DNA of 64,000 nucleotides from an uncultured delta proteobacterium (GCA_963745035.1 CAVUVW010000015.1:32001-96000), one strand, 5' to 3'. Numbered from the stretch's first letter, positions 12,491 to 27,330 are shown. The notes: a model not told the origin generated them from the letters alone. A program made the numbers and translations.

Positions 12491-13953
12491 CTACCCCACG
12501 CTGCCTTCCAGGCTGACGCCTAAGAGCTTCTGCGCCTCGACGGCAAACTCCATCGGCAACTCTTTGAACACCTGCTTGCAGAAACCGTTGACGATCAGGT
12601 TAACCGCGTCTTCGTTCGAAAGACCGCGCTGCTTGCAGTAAAAAAGCTGGTCCTCGCCGATCTTCGACGTGGACGCCTCATGCTCGACCTGCGAGGCGTT
12701 GTTCAAGACTTCCAAATAAGGAAACGTGTGCGCGCCGCACTTGTCGCCGAGCAGCAGCGAGTCGCACTGCGAATAATTGCGCGCCCCGCTCGCTCCCTTC
12801 ATGATCTTGACCAGTCCGCGATAGGTGTTCTGCCCGTGGCCGGCGGAAATTCCTTTGGAAACGATCGTGCTCTTGGTGTTTTTGCCGATATGAATCATCT
12901 TGGTGCCGGTATCGGCCTGCTGATAGTTGTTGGTCAGCGCCACCGAGTAAAACTCGCCGACCGAATCGTCGCCCTGCAAAATGCAGCTCGGGTACTTCCA
13001 CGTGATCGCCGAACCGGTTTCGACTTGGGTCCAGGAAATCTTCGAGCGCTGCGCCGAGGCATTTGCCGCGCTTGGTGACGAAGTTGTAGATGCCGCCCTT
13101 GCCTTCCGCGTCGCCCGGATACCAGTTTTGCACGGTGGAATACTTGATCTGCGCATCCTTATGAGCGATCAGCTCGACCACCGCGGCATGCAATTGGTTC
13201 TTGTCGCGCATGGGCGCGGTGCAGCCTTCGAGATAGCTCACCGTCGCGCCTTCCTCGGCGACGATCAAGGTGCGCTCGAACTGCCCGGTCTCCGCGGCAT
13301 TGATACGAAAGTACGTGGACAACTCCATCGGGCAACGCACGCCTCTTGGGGATGTAGCAGAACGAACCGTCGCTGAAGACCGCCGAATTCAGCGCCGCAA
13401 AAAAATTATCGGTGTAGGGCACCACCGAGCCCAGATATTTTTGCACCAGCTCGGGATGGTTTTGCACCGCTTCCGAGAACGAACCAAAAATGATGCCCAG
13501 CTCGGCCAGTTTTCCCTTGAACGTCGTCGCTACCGACACGCTGTCGAAAACCGCATCCACCGCGACGCCAGCCAGAGCCTCCTGCTCTCTTAGAGGAATA
13601 CCCAGCTTCTCGTACATCGCCAGCAGCTCAGGGTCGACTTCGTCGAGACTCTTGGGCCCCTCCGACTTGCTCTTGGGCGCCGAATAATAGCGGATCGCCT
13701 GATAATCGATCGGCGGATAATGCACCATCGCCCACTTGGGCTCGGCCTCCGATTTTTCCAGCTTCGCCCAGTGCCGGTACGCCTTGAGCCGCCACTCGAG
13801 CATGAACTCCGGCTCATTTTTCTTCGCCGAAATGAAACGAATGATCTCCTCGTTCAGTCCCGGAGGAACGGTGTCGGCTTCGATATCGGTGACGAAGCCG
13901 TACTTGTACTCGCGCCGGGCGAGATCTTCGACTGTATTTGTCGCTGGTTTCAT
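12491..13953 (-). CDS. sufB: Fe-S cluster assembly scaffold SufB, two frameshifts
   Basis: [63 protein letters not shown] spread over three frames. Confidence 0.96.
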
Positions 13954-13972
13954 GATTCTGCTTCCTATTCAA

Positions 13973-14302
13973 TCAAACGGTAAACGACGCGCCGCAGCCG
14001 CAAGCTTTCTTCACGTTGGGATTCTGGAACACAAAGCCGGACTGCATCAGCTCATCTTTGTAATCGAGCTCGGTGCCGGTCAAATAAAGCAGGCTCTTCA
14101 TGTCCACTAACACTTTGGCGCCGTCCCTTTCAAAAACTTTGTCGCTGGTCTTGGGCACGTCGAAATCGACTTTATACTGCAGGCCCGAACAACCGCCGCC
14201 GACGACCTTTACTCGGAGCCCCTGTCCCTCGCGGCTATCGGCCGCAATCAGCTCGTTGATCCGCGCCGCGGCGCGATCGGTGAGACTGATTCCCATGGCC
14301 AT
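13973..14302 (-). CDS. iscA: A-type Fe-S carrier (IscA/ErpA)
   Basis: GGGCSG, NPN...CGCGASF. Confidence 0.95.
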   Translation of the reverse strand: MAMGISLTDRAAARINELIAADSREGQGLRVKVVGGGCSGLQYKVDFDVPKTSDKVFERDGAKVLVDMKSLLYLTGTELDYKDELMQSGFVFQNPNVKKACGCGASFTV

Positions 14303-14326
14303 AAATATCGTCCTCCTCCAACTCGC

Positions 14327-15556
14327 TCAGGAAACTTCTTCCTGCCGCCTGACATCTCCAGCCAAGCGTTTTTGTAGTTTGTTTCTCTTCGCCTTGTAAA
14401 CCGGCGAAATTTCCCTCAGCCGACGAACTTCCTCGACCACGCGCTTTGCCGTGAAGTCGATCTCCTCCTCGGTATTGAAGCGGCCGATGCCGAAGCGAAT
14501 CGACGCGTGCGCCAGCGCGTCCTCCAAGCCGATCGCCTTGAGCACATACGACGGCTCCAAGCTCGCCGACGTACAGGCCGAGCCGCTGGAGACGGCAATC
14601 TCTTTCAGCCCCATCATGAGCGACTCGCCTTCGACGTAGGCAAAGCTCATATTAAGATTGCCGGGCAAGCGCTTTACCAAGTCACCGTTGACCGAGACGC
14701 CGTCGAGCTGATCGAGCAGCGCTTGCCTCAGCCGCTCGCGGAGCGCCGTCAGACGCTCACCTTCGGCGCTCATCTCCAGCCGGGAGAGCTCGCATGCTTT
14801 GCCCAGACCGACGATTCCGGCGACGTTCAGCGTCCCGGATCTCATGCCGCGCTCATGGCCGCCGCCGTCGATCGACGGCGCGACTTTGACCTGCGGCCGC
14901 GCCGCCCGGACGTAGAGCGCGCCGACGCCCTTGGGACCGTACATTTTATGCGCCGTCAGCGATAACAGATCGATGCCCATATCTTCGACGCTGATGGGAA
15001 TCTTGCCTACCGCCTGGGTCGCGTCGGTGTGGAAGATGATTCCGCGCTCCTTGGCCCACCGGCCGATCTCCTTGATCGGCTGCACCGTGCCGATCTCGTT
15101 GTTGGCGGCCATGATCGAAATCAAGATCGTCTTGTCGGTGAGCGCGTCCTTCAAGCGTTCCACCTCGACCAAGCCCGCCGCCGTCACCGGCAGATAAGTA
15201 ACCTTGAATCCCTGCTTCTCCAAAATCTTGCAGCTATCGAGGACCGCCTTGTGCTCGGTCACGCAGGTGACGATGTGATCGCCCTTTTGCCGGTACGCCT
15301 CGGCCACCCCTTTGATGGCGAGATTATCGGATTCGGTTGCGCCGCTGGTGAAAACGATTTCCCGAGCGGCGGCGCCGATCAGCTTGGCAACCTGCTCGCG
15401 CGCGGCATCGACCGCCGCATCGGCTTCCCAACCATAGGCGTGACTCTTGCTCGCGGCATTGCCGAAGCTTTCGGTAAAATACGGCAGAAAGGCGTCGAGC
15501 ACCCGTCGATCGACCGGCGTAGTCGCGTGATTATCAAGATAAATCGGCGTCTTCAC
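14327..15556 (-). CDS. iscS: Cysteine desulfurase IscS
   Basis: [53 protein letters not shown]. Confidence 0.97.
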   Translation of the reverse strand: MKTPIYLDNHATTPVDRRVLDAFLPYFTESFGNAASKSHAYGWEADAAVDAAREQVAKLIGAAAREIVFTSGATESDNLAIKGVAEAYRQKGDHIVTCVTEHKAVLDSCKILEKQGFKVTYLPVTAAGLVEVERLKDALTDKTILISIMAANNEIGTVQPIKEIGRWAKERGIIFHTDATQAVGKIPISVEDMGIDLLSLTAHKMYGPKGVGALYVRAARPQVKVAPSIDGGGHERGMRSGTLNVAGIVGLGKACELSRLEMSAEGERLTALRERLRQALLDQLDGVSVNGDLVKRLPGNLNMSFAYVEGESLMMGLKEIAVSSGSACTSASLEPSYVLKAIGLEDALAHASIRFGIGRFNTEEEIDFTAKRVVEEVRRLREISPVYKAKRNKLQKRLAGDVRRQEEVS

Positions 15557-15565
15557 GTTATTTCA

Positions 15566-15590
15566 ATTTCAGACCAATTAAGTCTGATTT
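15566..15590. promoter_or_regulatory. IscR type-1-like operator
   Basis: TCAGAC-CAATTAA-GTCTGA palindrome (GAC-N7-GTC), just upstream of the iscS start. Confidence 0.75.
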
Positions 15591-15591
15591 C

Positions 15592-15621
15592 AAGTTAACC
15601 AAAAGCACGGGCTTGAGTCAA
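15592..15621 (-). promoter_or_regulatory. Putative sigma70 promoter of the isc/suf operon
   Basis: Minus strand TTGACT-N18-TAACTT directly upstream of the operator. Confidence 0.5.
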
Positions 15622-15694
15622 CCCCAAACCTATCAAGTAAATTGCTGAAATCACGGAGGAATAATCTTTGGCCAAGCGACTTCTGGCAGCGCGA

Positions 15695-18220
15695 TCAGGG
15701 CCGTTCGAAGATTTCCTTGAGATACTGCCCGGTCGCCGAGGCTGCGGCGGCGGCAATCTCTTCAGGGCGGCCTTGGGCAACCAACTCACCCCCTGCGGCG
15801 CCCCCTTCCGGTCCTAGATCGACCACGTAATCGGCATTTTTGATGACGTCCAGATTGTGCTCGACGATCACGGTCGTGTTGCCCAAATCGGTCAGCCGAT
15901 GGAGCAATTCGAGAAGGGTTTTCACGTCCTCGAAATGGAGCCCGGCGGTCGGCTCGTCGAGAACGTAGAGCGAACGCCCGGTCGAGCGCCGCGCCAGCTC
16001 GCGCGCGAGCTTCACCCGCTGGGCCTCGCCGCCGGCCAGGCGGGACGCGGGCTGGCCAAGCTGGAGATAACCGAGACCCACGTCGCGCAGCGCGCGCAGC
16101 CGGTCGTGAATCGGCGGCACATTGCCGAGCAGCTCCAATGCCTGATCCACCGTCAGGTCCAGCACATCGGCCACGCTCAGCCCCTTGTATTTGATCGCCA
16201 GGGTCTCGCGATTGTAGCGGCGCCCGCGGCACACCGCGCAGGTGACGTACAAGTCGGGAAGAAAGTGCATATCGACGCGTGTCACGCCTTCGCCGGCGCA
16301 TGCTTCGCAGCGCCCGCCGCTGACGTTGAACGAAAATCGCTCGCTGCCGTAGCCGCGCAGCCGCGCTTCGGGCAATTGCGCAAAGAGCTCGCGCAAATGA
16401 TCGTAAATTCCGGTGTAGGTCGCCGGATTGGAGCGGGGCGTGCGGCCGATGGGCGTCTGATCGACGCCAATGACGCGCGCGAAATGCTCCCAGCCGACAA
16501 TTTTCCCGTGCGCGGCATTGTCCGGTTTCGCGACGCGCCGCAAGCGCGCCGCCACGCCGCGATAAAGCACCTCCATCACCAAGGTGCTCTTGCCGGCGCC
16601 GGAAACGCCGGTGACGCAGGTCATGGCGCCGATGGGGAACGCGACGGTGAGATTTTTAAGATTGCGCGCGGCGGCGTTTCGAACCGTGACGAACTCCCCG
16701 GCGCCGCGCCCGCGATTGGCCGGGATCGGGATCTGCGCCTGTCCCGATAGATAGCGCCCCGTGAGCGAGCGCTCGTCGCGCGCGACCTCCGCCGGAGTTC
16801 CCTGGGCCACCACTTCGCCGCCGTGCGCACCGGCCGCGGGCCCCATGTCGATGAGATAATCCGCCGCAAGCATGGTTTCGCGGTCATGCTCGACGACCAG
16901 CACCGTATTGCCGATGTCGCGCAGCCGGCCGAGCAGCGCCAGGAGCTTGGCATTGTCCTTTTGATGCAAACCTAGGCTGGGCTCGTCGAGAACGTAGAGG
17001 ACTCCGGCCATGGCCGCGCCGATCTGGGTGGCAAGGCGCGCGCGCTGCAGCTCGCCGCCCGAGAGCGTGATCGTCGGCCGGTCGAGACTAAGATACTCGA
17101 GGCCCAGGTCGGCCATGACGCGCAAACGCCGGAGCATCTGGTCGATGATTTTTTGGCCGACGATCCGCCGTTCTTCGCCGAGCGCAAGATGAGTGAAAAA
17201 TTCCAGAGCGGAAGCGATCGGCCACGCGCTGATTTCGACAATGTCGCGCCCGCCGACTTTCACCGCCCGGCTCTCTCTCCTGAGCCGCGCCCCGCCACAC
17301 TCAGGACAGGGCGTCGCCGCGCCGTCATCGTCCTCGGCCTTGGCGCGCCCGTCCGATTTGACGACCGAGCCCAAGCCATTGCAGCCTGGGCAGGCGCCTT
17401 CGGGGCTGTTGAACGAGAACAGTCCGGGGGTAATCTCGGGCAGCGCCGCGGCGCAATTTGGGCACACCGATTTGAGACTGAACATCAGCTCGCGCTCACC
17501 TTCGCTGCCGTCGAGCACTTGAACTGTGATCATCTGGCCGCCATGACGCGCCGCCGTTTCCAGCGAATCGGCGAGCCGCTTCTCGATGCCGTCGCGCACC
17601 GTCAGCCGATCGATCACCAGATCCAGCCGCCGCGCGGCGCCAACATCAGTTTCGTCGCCGAGCTCACGCATCTCACCGTCGATCAGCACGCGGGCAAAGC
17701 CCTGGCGCGTGTAGTCGCGCAGCCGCAGTTGCGCATTCGCCGGCGATAACAGCGGCACTGGCGCCAAGATCACAAGCCGTGTTTGCGCCGGCAACGCAAG
17801 CAATTGATCGACAATCTGCTCGACGGTATGGACTTTGAGCGCGCGGCCGCAGGCGACGCAATAGAGATCGCCGGCGCGCGCGAAGAGCAGGCGCAGATAG
17901 TCTTGAATGTCGGTCAGGGTGCCGACCGTCGAACGGCGACTGGCAAGGCCCGGTTTCTGCTGGACGGCGATGGTGGGCGACAAGCCTTCAATGCTGTCGA
18001 CGTCGGGCTGCTCCAAACGCTGAAGAAGCTGCCGCGCGTCGGCGCCGAGGGATTCGAGATAGCGCCGCTGGCCTTCGGCGTAGAGCGTGTCGAAGGCCAG
18101 CGACGATTTGCCGGAGCCGGACACGCCGGTGATGACGACCAAGCGATCGCGCGGAATTTCCAGGTCGATGTTCTTGAGATTATGAACCCGCGCGCCCTTG
18201 ATGACGATGTTGCCGGCCAT
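15695..18220 (-). CDS. uvrA: Excinuclease ABC subunit A, short form (841 aa)
   Basis: GARVHNLKN, two Walker A ([16 protein letters not shown]), Zn fingers, [16 protein letters not shown]. Confidence 0.95.
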   Translation of the reverse strand: MAGNIVIKGARVHNLKNIDLEIPRDRLVVITGVSGSGKSSLAFDTLYAEGQRRYLESLGADARQLLQRLEQPDVDSIEGLSPTIAVQQKPGLASRRSTVGTLTDIQDYLRLLFARAGDLYCVACGRALKVHTVEQIVDQLLALPAQTRLVILAPVPLLSPANAQLRLRDYTRQGFARVLIDGEMRELGDETDVGAARRLDLVIDRLTVRDGIEKRLADSLETAARHGGQMITVQVLDGSEGERELMFSLKSVCPNCAAALPEITPGLFSFNSPEGACPGCNGLGSVVKSDGRAKAEDDDGAATPCPECGGARLRRESRAVKVGGRDIVEISAWPIASALEFFTHLALGEERRIVGQKIIDQMLRRLRVMADLGLEYLSLDRPTITLSGGELQRARLATQIGAAMAGVLYVLDEPSLGLHQKDNAKLLALLGRLRDIGNTVLVVEHDRETMLAADYLIDMGPAAGAHGGEVVAQGTPAEVARDERSLTGRYLSGQAQIPIPANRGRGAGEFVTVRNAAARNLKNLTVAFPIGAMTCVTGVSGAGKSTLVMEVLYRGVAARLRRVAKPDNAAHGKIVGWEHFARVIGVDQTPIGRTPRSNPATYTGIYDHLRELFAQLPEARLRGYGSERFSFNVSGGRCEACAGEGVTRVDMHFLPDLYVTCAVCRGRRYNRETLAIKYKGLSVADVLDLTVDQALELLGNVPPIHDRLRALRDVGLGYLQLGQPASRLAGGEAQRVKLARELARRSTGRSLYVLDEPTAGLHFEDVKTLLELLHRLTDLGNTTVIVEHNLDVIKNADYVVDLGPEGGAAGGELVAQGRPEEIAAAAASATGQYLKEIFERP

Positions 18221-18227
18221 GGCAGGC

Positions 18228-19583
18228 CTATTGAGCTTCGAACTCCTCGAGTTTTTCCTCGACCAGCGCGCGGTACTCTTTGAGCTTGGCGTCCGAGTTG
18301 GCTTCGAACCGGAGCACCAGGGCGGGCTGCGTGTTGGAAGCGCGAATCAATCCCCACCCCTCGGGAAAACGCACCCGTACGCCGTCGACATCGATAACAT
18401 CGTAGTGCTTGCGGAAATATTCCGTGGCTCTCTCGGCGATGATGAATTTTCGTTCATCCGGGCAGTTGACCCGAATCTCGGGAGTCGAAACGCTCCGCGG
18501 CAAATCGGCAAGTAAGGCCGACAGAGGCTTGCCGGAGTTGGCGAGAATTTCGAGCAGACGAAGCGAGGCGTAAATCGCGTCGTCATAGCCGAAGTAGCGT
18601 TCCTTGAAAAACATATGGCCGCTCATCTCGCCCGCGAGCAGCGCCTCGGTTTCTTTCATTTTGGCCTTGAGCAGAGAATGGCCGGCTTTCCACATGATCG
18701 CCTTACCGCCGTTCTTGGCGATATCGTCGTAGAGGCGCTGCGAGCATTTCACCTCGGAGATGATCGTCGCCTGGGGATGGCGCTTGAGAACGTCGCGCGA
18801 AAACAGCACGAGCAATTCATCGCCCCAGAGAATATTGCCCTGCTCGTCCACGGCGCCGATCCGGTCGGCGTCGCCGTCGTATGCGATGCCCAGGTCCGCC
18901 TTCTCCTTTTTCACCTTGTCGATGAGCATCTCGAGATTTTCCGGCATCGTCGGATCGGGGTGATGGAAGGGAAACTTTGGGTCCGGCTCGCAGGCGATCT
19001 CCCAGACCGTGCACCCGAGCCGCCGGAACACCGGCGGCGCCACCGGCCCGCCGACGCCGCTCCCGGCGTCGATGACGACTCTCAATGGCCGCGAAAGTTT
19101 GCGCACATCGTTGGACAAATATTGGTGATACGGCGCGACGATATCGTAGCGTTCGACCTTGCCGCCCGGTCGTTCGCGGAAATCGCTCCGCTCCATGGCG
19201 GCGCGGATGTCCTGGATCTGTTGGCCGTAGAGCGTGTCTTTGCCCAGACAGATTTTGAAGCCATTATACTCGGAGGGATTGTGGCTCGCGGTAATCTCGA
19301 TGCCGCCGTCGACGTCGAGATGGAAGAGCGAAAAATAAAGCAGCGGCGTCGGGCACACGCCGACATCGTAAACGTGCAGGCCGGCCGAGACCATGCCGGC
19401 GATCACCGCATCGGCGTAAGCATCGGAAGTCGTGCGGCAGTCGCGACCTACGGTGACCCGCTTGCCGCCGCGCGCCGCGATCGCGCTGCCGTGCACCTTT
19501 CCGAGCAGCAGCGCAAACTCACTGTCGAAATCTTTCTCCGCCAAACCGCGGATGTCGTATTCGCGAAATATCGACGGGTTCAT
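18228..19583 (-). CDS. algC: Phosphomannomutase/phosphoglucomutase
   Basis: IFREYDIRG, TASHNP, DGDADR, GEMSGH, RASNTQP. Confidence 0.95.
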   Translation of the reverse strand: MNPSIFREYDIRGLAEKDFDSEFALLLGKVHGSAIAARGGKRVTVGRDCRTTSDAYADAVIAGMVSAGLHVYDVGVCPTPLLYFSLFHLDVDGGIEITASHNPSEYNGFKICLGKDTLYGQQIQDIRAAMERSDFRERPGGKVERYDIVAPYHQYLSNDVRKLSRPLRVVIDAGSGVGGPVAPPVFRRLGCTVWEIACEPDPKFPFHHPDPTMPENLEMLIDKVKKEKADLGIAYDGDADRIGAVDEQGNILWGDELLVLFSRDVLKRHPQATIISEVKCSQRLYDDIAKNGGKAIMWKAGHSLLKAKMKETEALLAGEMSGHMFFKERYFGYDDAIYASLRLLEILANSGKPLSALLADLPRSVSTPEIRVNCPDERKFIIAERATEYFRKHYDVIDVDGVRVRFPEGWGLIRASNTQPALVLRFEANSDAKLKEYRALVEEKLEEFEAQ

Positions 19584-20602
19584 GGCGCCTTTCGTTTTTC
19601 CTTTTGGCGCGCCAGGCGAGCGGCCAAGACAATCGCTTCTTTCATGCTGGTTTCGTCCGCCTTGCCGGTGCCGGCGATATCGTAGGCCGTGCCGTGATCG
19701 ACCGATGTCCGAATAAACGGCGGCCCGAGGGTCAGCGCCACGCCGCCGAAAAAATGATGCAGCTTGAGCGGGATCAGCCCTTGATCGTGATACATGCAAA
19801 CCACCGCGTCATAGTCGCCGCGCGCGGCGTGATGAAACAGGCTATCGGCCGGGAACGGCCCTGCGGCGGCGATGCCTTGGCGCCGCGCCTGCTTTACCGC
19901 CGGAGCGATCACCTCGATCTCCTCGTTGCCGAAGATCCCTTCTTCCCCGCCGTGCGGGTTGAGCGCCGCCACGGCAATGCGCGGGCGCGCCATGCCGAAG
20001 AAGTTCTTAAGCCCGCGCTGGGTCAGCTCCAAGGTGGTGCGAATATTCTCCACAGTCAAATTGCGCGCCACTCGGGTAAACGGAATATGTCCCGTCACCG
20101 GCACGACGCGCAGTTGGGCGCCCATCAGCATCATGCGGCACTCGGGAGTGCGGCTCAATTCGGCCAGTAGCTCCGTGTGGCCCGGATAGTTGTAGCCCGC
20201 ATCGATCAGAATGCTCTTGCTGATCGGCGCAGTGGCGATCGCGTCGGCGACTTTTGAAAGCGCGAGCCGGGCCGCCACGCGAATGTAGCGGAAAGCGCCG
20301 TGGCCGCCGGCTTTGGACGGGTGGCCGGGGCGCGATTCCCGGGCGCTTAGCGCCGACAGCGAGCAAACCACATGCGCGCGCGGATGGTCGAGCATCGGCA
20401 GCAGTTGTTGCCCCGGTTGCCAGCAAAGCAGATGGGGATTTCTCCCGCGCCCACGGGCGCGCTCGAGCACGCCCCAGTCGCCGAGCACCAGCAGCCGGCA
20501 GATTTTTTTGATCGCCGGATCGGCGAGCGCCTTGAGAATCACTTCCGGACCGATGCCCGCCGGATCTCCCATGGTGACGGCGATGATCGGTTTACGCGCC
20601 AT
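19580..20602 (-). CDS. pdxA: 4-hydroxythreonine-4-phosphate dehydrogenase
   Basis: TMGDPAGIGPE, GHTE, NPHGGE, YHDQG, RTSVDHGTA. Confidence 0.96.
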   Translation of the reverse strand: MARKPIIAVTMGDPAGIGPEVILKALADPAIKKICRLLVLGDWGVLERARGRGRNPHLLCWQPGQQLLPMLDHPRAHVVCSLSALSARESRPGHPSKAGGHGAFRYIRVAARLALSKVADAIATAPISKSILIDAGYNYPGHTELLAELSRTPECRMMLMGAQLRVVPVTGHIPFTRVARNLTVENIRTTLELTQRGLKNFFGMARPRIAVAALNPHGGEEGIFGNEEIEVIAPAVKQARRQGIAAAGPFPADSLFHHAARGDYDAVVCMYHDQGLIPLKLHHFFGGVALTLGPPFIRTSVDHGTAYDIAGTGKADETSMKEAIVLAARLARQKEKRKAP

Positions 20603-20671
20603 GAATGTGGAGATTTAGGCGCCCGAATGCCGCGGCGCTTCACCGGCGCATGAGAATTGGACGACAAGGAG

Positions 20672-21964
20672 CTACGGTTTCTTGGAGGAAAACGGATTCA
20701 AAGAATCGAGGATGCTGCCTTTGGACTCCTTCGGCGGCGGCGCAAAAATATCCGGCGTCTCCTCCACCGTTTCAGTCGTGAACAGCGGCATGCCGAGCAC
20801 GCTGACGACGCTCTTTCCCTTGAGCGGACTGTTCGGGTCGCCTTCTTCCTCGAAGGGAATTTCCTTGACGACGTAGGAGAACGGATTGAGATAGCTCAAA
20901 AACGAGCGGTCTTCGCGGCGCGTGGAGCGGGTCGATTTCGCCATCAGGGTGTCCACCGTGCCCTCTTTGGAATCCTCGGGCTTAAAGACTACGCCGGCGA
21001 CTTTGATGTCCACCCTGTGCTTGCGCCGGAGATCGGTCTTGACCCACTTGGCGAAGCGCTCTTCGAGCGCCTTGTTCATCAGCTCTTCTTTGATCCGCGG
21101 CGCCACGGTGGCGAGCGGGACCGGACTGCCGGCGTCCCTCGCTTCGAGCTTGACGATATGAATGCCCATGCTGGTGCGGAAAGGCTCGCTCACCTGGCCC
21201 ACGGAGAGCTTTTGAAACGCGACTTCCTCGATGCCGGCAATCAGGGTGCCGCGGTTTACCCAGCCGATCTCGCCGCCGTCGGCCTGCCCCGCGCCTTGGG
21301 AATGCTCGCGCGCCAGGGCGGCAAAGTCTTCACCCGCGGCGATGCGCCGATAAAGCTCCTGCCCCTTGGTCATCGCCGCCTGCGCGCGCTCGGCCGAAGC
21401 GTTTTCCGGCAAGGACAGCAGAATGTGGCGGATGTTGGCGCGGTCGCCGGTGCGAAAATTTTTCGCGTTGAGCTTGTAATACCGCTCCACGTCCTCGTCG
21501 CTGATTGTGACCTTCCTTCTCACCTGCCGGTCGATGAGATCGCTCTTCTCGATCTCCGCTTTGACCGAAGCCTTGTAGGTCGCCAAAGTTTGGTTTTCCC
21601 GGCTGAGCGCCGCTTTGAGGTCTTCTTCGGAGAGCCGGTTGTTCTTCTTCACTTGGTCGATGTAGCGCTGCACGTCGGCGTCGGTGACGACGATCCCGGA
21701 TTCGCGCACTTCCGCTTCGAGCAGTTTGTCGGTGACGAATTGCTCGAGCACCTGGCGGTCCTGGGCGCCGATGTCCTTTAAACTGCCGACAGGAAATCCG
21801 CGGCCCAGCTTGGCCTTCGAGTAGGCGTTGATGTTCGACAGGGTATACGGCTCGCCGTCGATCACCGCGATGAGCTGCTCGATCACCGTGGCGAAGGCGC
21901 CGTTCGCGAGAGCAACCAGAATCAACAGCGAAATGATGGAAATGGCGCGTCTCAGCATAAGCAT
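20672..21964 (-). CDS. surA: SurA-type periplasmic chaperone/parvulin PPIase with C-terminal extension
   Basis: Signal peptide, SurA N-domain, RHIL..F..LA.EHS..GGEIG..VSEPFRT..GIHIV; upstream of pdxA. Confidence 0.85.
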   Translation of the reverse strand: MLMLRRAISIISLLILVALANGAFATVIEQLIAVIDGEPYTLSNINAYSKAKLGRGFPVGSLKDIGAQDRQVLEQFVTDKLLEAEVRESGIVVTDADVQRYIDQVKKNNRLSEEDLKAALSRENQTLATYKASVKAEIEKSDLIDRQVRRKVTISDEDVERYYKLNAKNFRTGDRANIRHILLSLPENASAERAQAAMTKGQELYRRIAAGEDFAALAREHSQGAGQADGGEIGWVNRGTLIAGIEEVAFQKLSVGQVSEPFRTSMGIHIVKLEARDAGSPVPLATVAPRIKEELMNKALEERFAKWVKTDLRRKHRVDIKVAGVVFKPEDSKEGTVDTLMAKSTRSTRREDRSFLSYLNPFSYVVKEIPFEEEGDPNSPLKGKSVVSVLGMPLFTTETVEETPDIFAPPPKESKGSILDSLNPFSSKKP

Positions 21965-22090
21965 CTCAGCTGAAAGGATCTCGACAGAACATGCCAAGAG
22001 GTATCACACCCGGCGAAAAAAGCCAAACCAGCGGCCGCGAAAAACCGGCTTTCTACCGCTTCGCAGCAAACCTGCTCGACCACCGCTCGG

Positions 22091-25642
<3,552 letters not shown>

Positions 25643-25646
<4 letters not shown>

Positions 25647-26011
25647 GAGAAGAAACTAAAACGCTGCAATTTGATTTTTGGAATGCTCGACGGCGCCGGC
25701 GCGACCTCTGCGACTTCCGCCGCCTTGGCCCAGGCCTCGGCACCTTGGCAAAGATCCTTCACATCGACTTGCAAGAATGCCGGTTGATAGTTTTCCAGGC
25801 GGATGAGCGCCTGGTAGATCATCCGCACCGGTCCCTTGATCTCGGTAAAATCGCGGAACAGGCGAAATGCCGCAGCCAGACCGATCAACCCCTCGAGAAA
25901 GGGCTTATTCTCGTCGGCGGTGTCATGATAAAACCCTTCCAGAACTTCGTGCGATTCGAAGAATTTCCCGCCGTTGAATAGATCGATGCCGTCTCGCAGC
26001 CGAGCGTCCAT
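25643..26011 (-). CDS. DUF309 family protein
   Basis: GIDLFN.G.FFESHEVLE...FLEGLI.LAAA motif. Confidence 0.85.
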
Positions 26012-26076
26012 AAAATTTGCCGTAAACAAAGCTAACAGCTTCACCAAAGCGCCTCAAGATTGGCGCAGCGCTCAGT

Positions 26077-27330
26077 TCAATTGCCGGCGGCCCACAAGCG
26101 CTTGTCGTAGTTCGCCACGGCGCCGACCGAAGCGATCCAGATGCAAAGATCGGAGACCGCGAGCAGGACCGTGGAAAGGCCGAAGGAAAAAAGATAGTCG
26201 CCGGTCCAGTCGTGGAACAGGCCGCCGAGGAACGAGCCGAGCGCGCCGCCGACGCCCACCGCGACCGTCGAGTAACCGAGGATCGAGCCGAAACCTTTGC
26301 CGGAAAAAATATCGGCGGTGAGCGCCGAAAAGATCACCGCGCGCGAGCCGAAGCCGATGCCGAAAAAAATCACGTAGACGTAGAGCAGCCAGGCCTGGCT
26401 CGGATCGCGCAAGATCATCAGCGCGCCGACGCCGATGACCGTCATGGCGATATTGAGCGTGTAGGCGGCTTGCTTGGACAGCCAATCGGCGATGAAGCCG
26501 AAAATCACCCTGCCGAAGCTGCTGGTGATGCCGGCAAGACCGAACACCGACGCGGCGAGAAACTTGCTGAAACCGACGTCGACCACGTGGGCGACCTGAT
26601 GGGTGACGATCACCGTGGTGCCGCACGCCGCGGCGATGCGCGAGATGAAGAGCAGCCAGAACTGCAAGCTCTGGAGCGCAAGTTTTGCCGTCCACTGATT
26701 CGAACCGGCTCCACTCTCGACGTGATGGCGGGCATGGGCACCGCTCAAGCCATGGCCGTGCGGCCCGCGGCGGTAGTAAAGACCGACGATCGGCAGCATG
26801 CCGATCGCCACCAGCGCGGCGAAGATCTCGAAGGACCGCGCCCAGCCGTAACTCGAGATCAGCCACTCGCTCAGCGGCGCGAGCAGCATGATGCCCACTC
26901 CCGAGCCCGCGTAGACAAAGCCGATGGCCGAGGCGCGCTTGGTGGAAAACCATTCCGAGATCAAAAAAATGTGCGGCACCATGCCGGTGAAAGTAAAGCC
27001 GACGGCGAGGATGATGCCGAAGCAAATGTAGAGCTGCCAGAGCTCGGAGACGCGGCTGCTCAGCAGCAGACCTGCCGTCAACGCCAGACAACCGGCGAGC
27101 GTAATTTTTTTCGTGCCGTAGCGATCGAGCAGGTGACCGACCACCGGCGACAGCAGCGCGTCGACGGTGAGCAGGATGGAAAAAATCCCCGCGGTCGCGC
27201 CGCGGCTCCAGCCGAAGGTATCGAGCAAAGCGACGTTGAAGACGCCGAACGAGGAATGCATGCCGCGGGAAACGCCGAGCACGACGAAGGCGACGGCAGC
27301 GACGAGCCACGGTGTGGGTGAGAAGCGCAT
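26077..27330 (-). CDS. MFS transporter
   Basis: About 12 TM segments, GHLLDRYGTK, WFSTKRASA. Confidence 0.92.
   Translation of the reverse strand: MRFSPTPWLVAAVAFVVLGVSRGMHSSFGVFNVALLDTFGWSRGATAGIFSILLTVDALLSPVVGHLLDRYGTKKITLAGCLALTAGLLLSSRVSELWQLYICFGIILAVGFTFTGMVPHIFLISEWFSTKRASAIGFVYAGSGVGIMLLAPLSEWLISSYGWARSFEIFAALVAIGMLPIVGLYYRRGPHGHGLSGAHARHHVESGAGSNQWTAKLALQSLQFWLLFISRIAAACGTTVIVTHQVAHVVDVGFSKFLAASVFGLAGITSSFGRVIFGFIADWLSKQAAYTLNIAMTVIGVGALMILRDPSQAWLLYVYVIFFGIGFGSRAVIFSALTADIFSGKGFGSILGYSTVAVGVGGALGSFLGGLFHDWTGDYLFSFGLSTVLLAVSDLCIWIASVGAVANYDKRLWAAGN

Noticed and set aside
18228-19799. Long N-terminal extensions in the ORF track (algC 523 aa, eno 478 aa, nth 316 aa, surE 323 aa)
   Set aside because: Upstream in-frame starts overlap neighbouring genes; family alignments start at downstream Met codons
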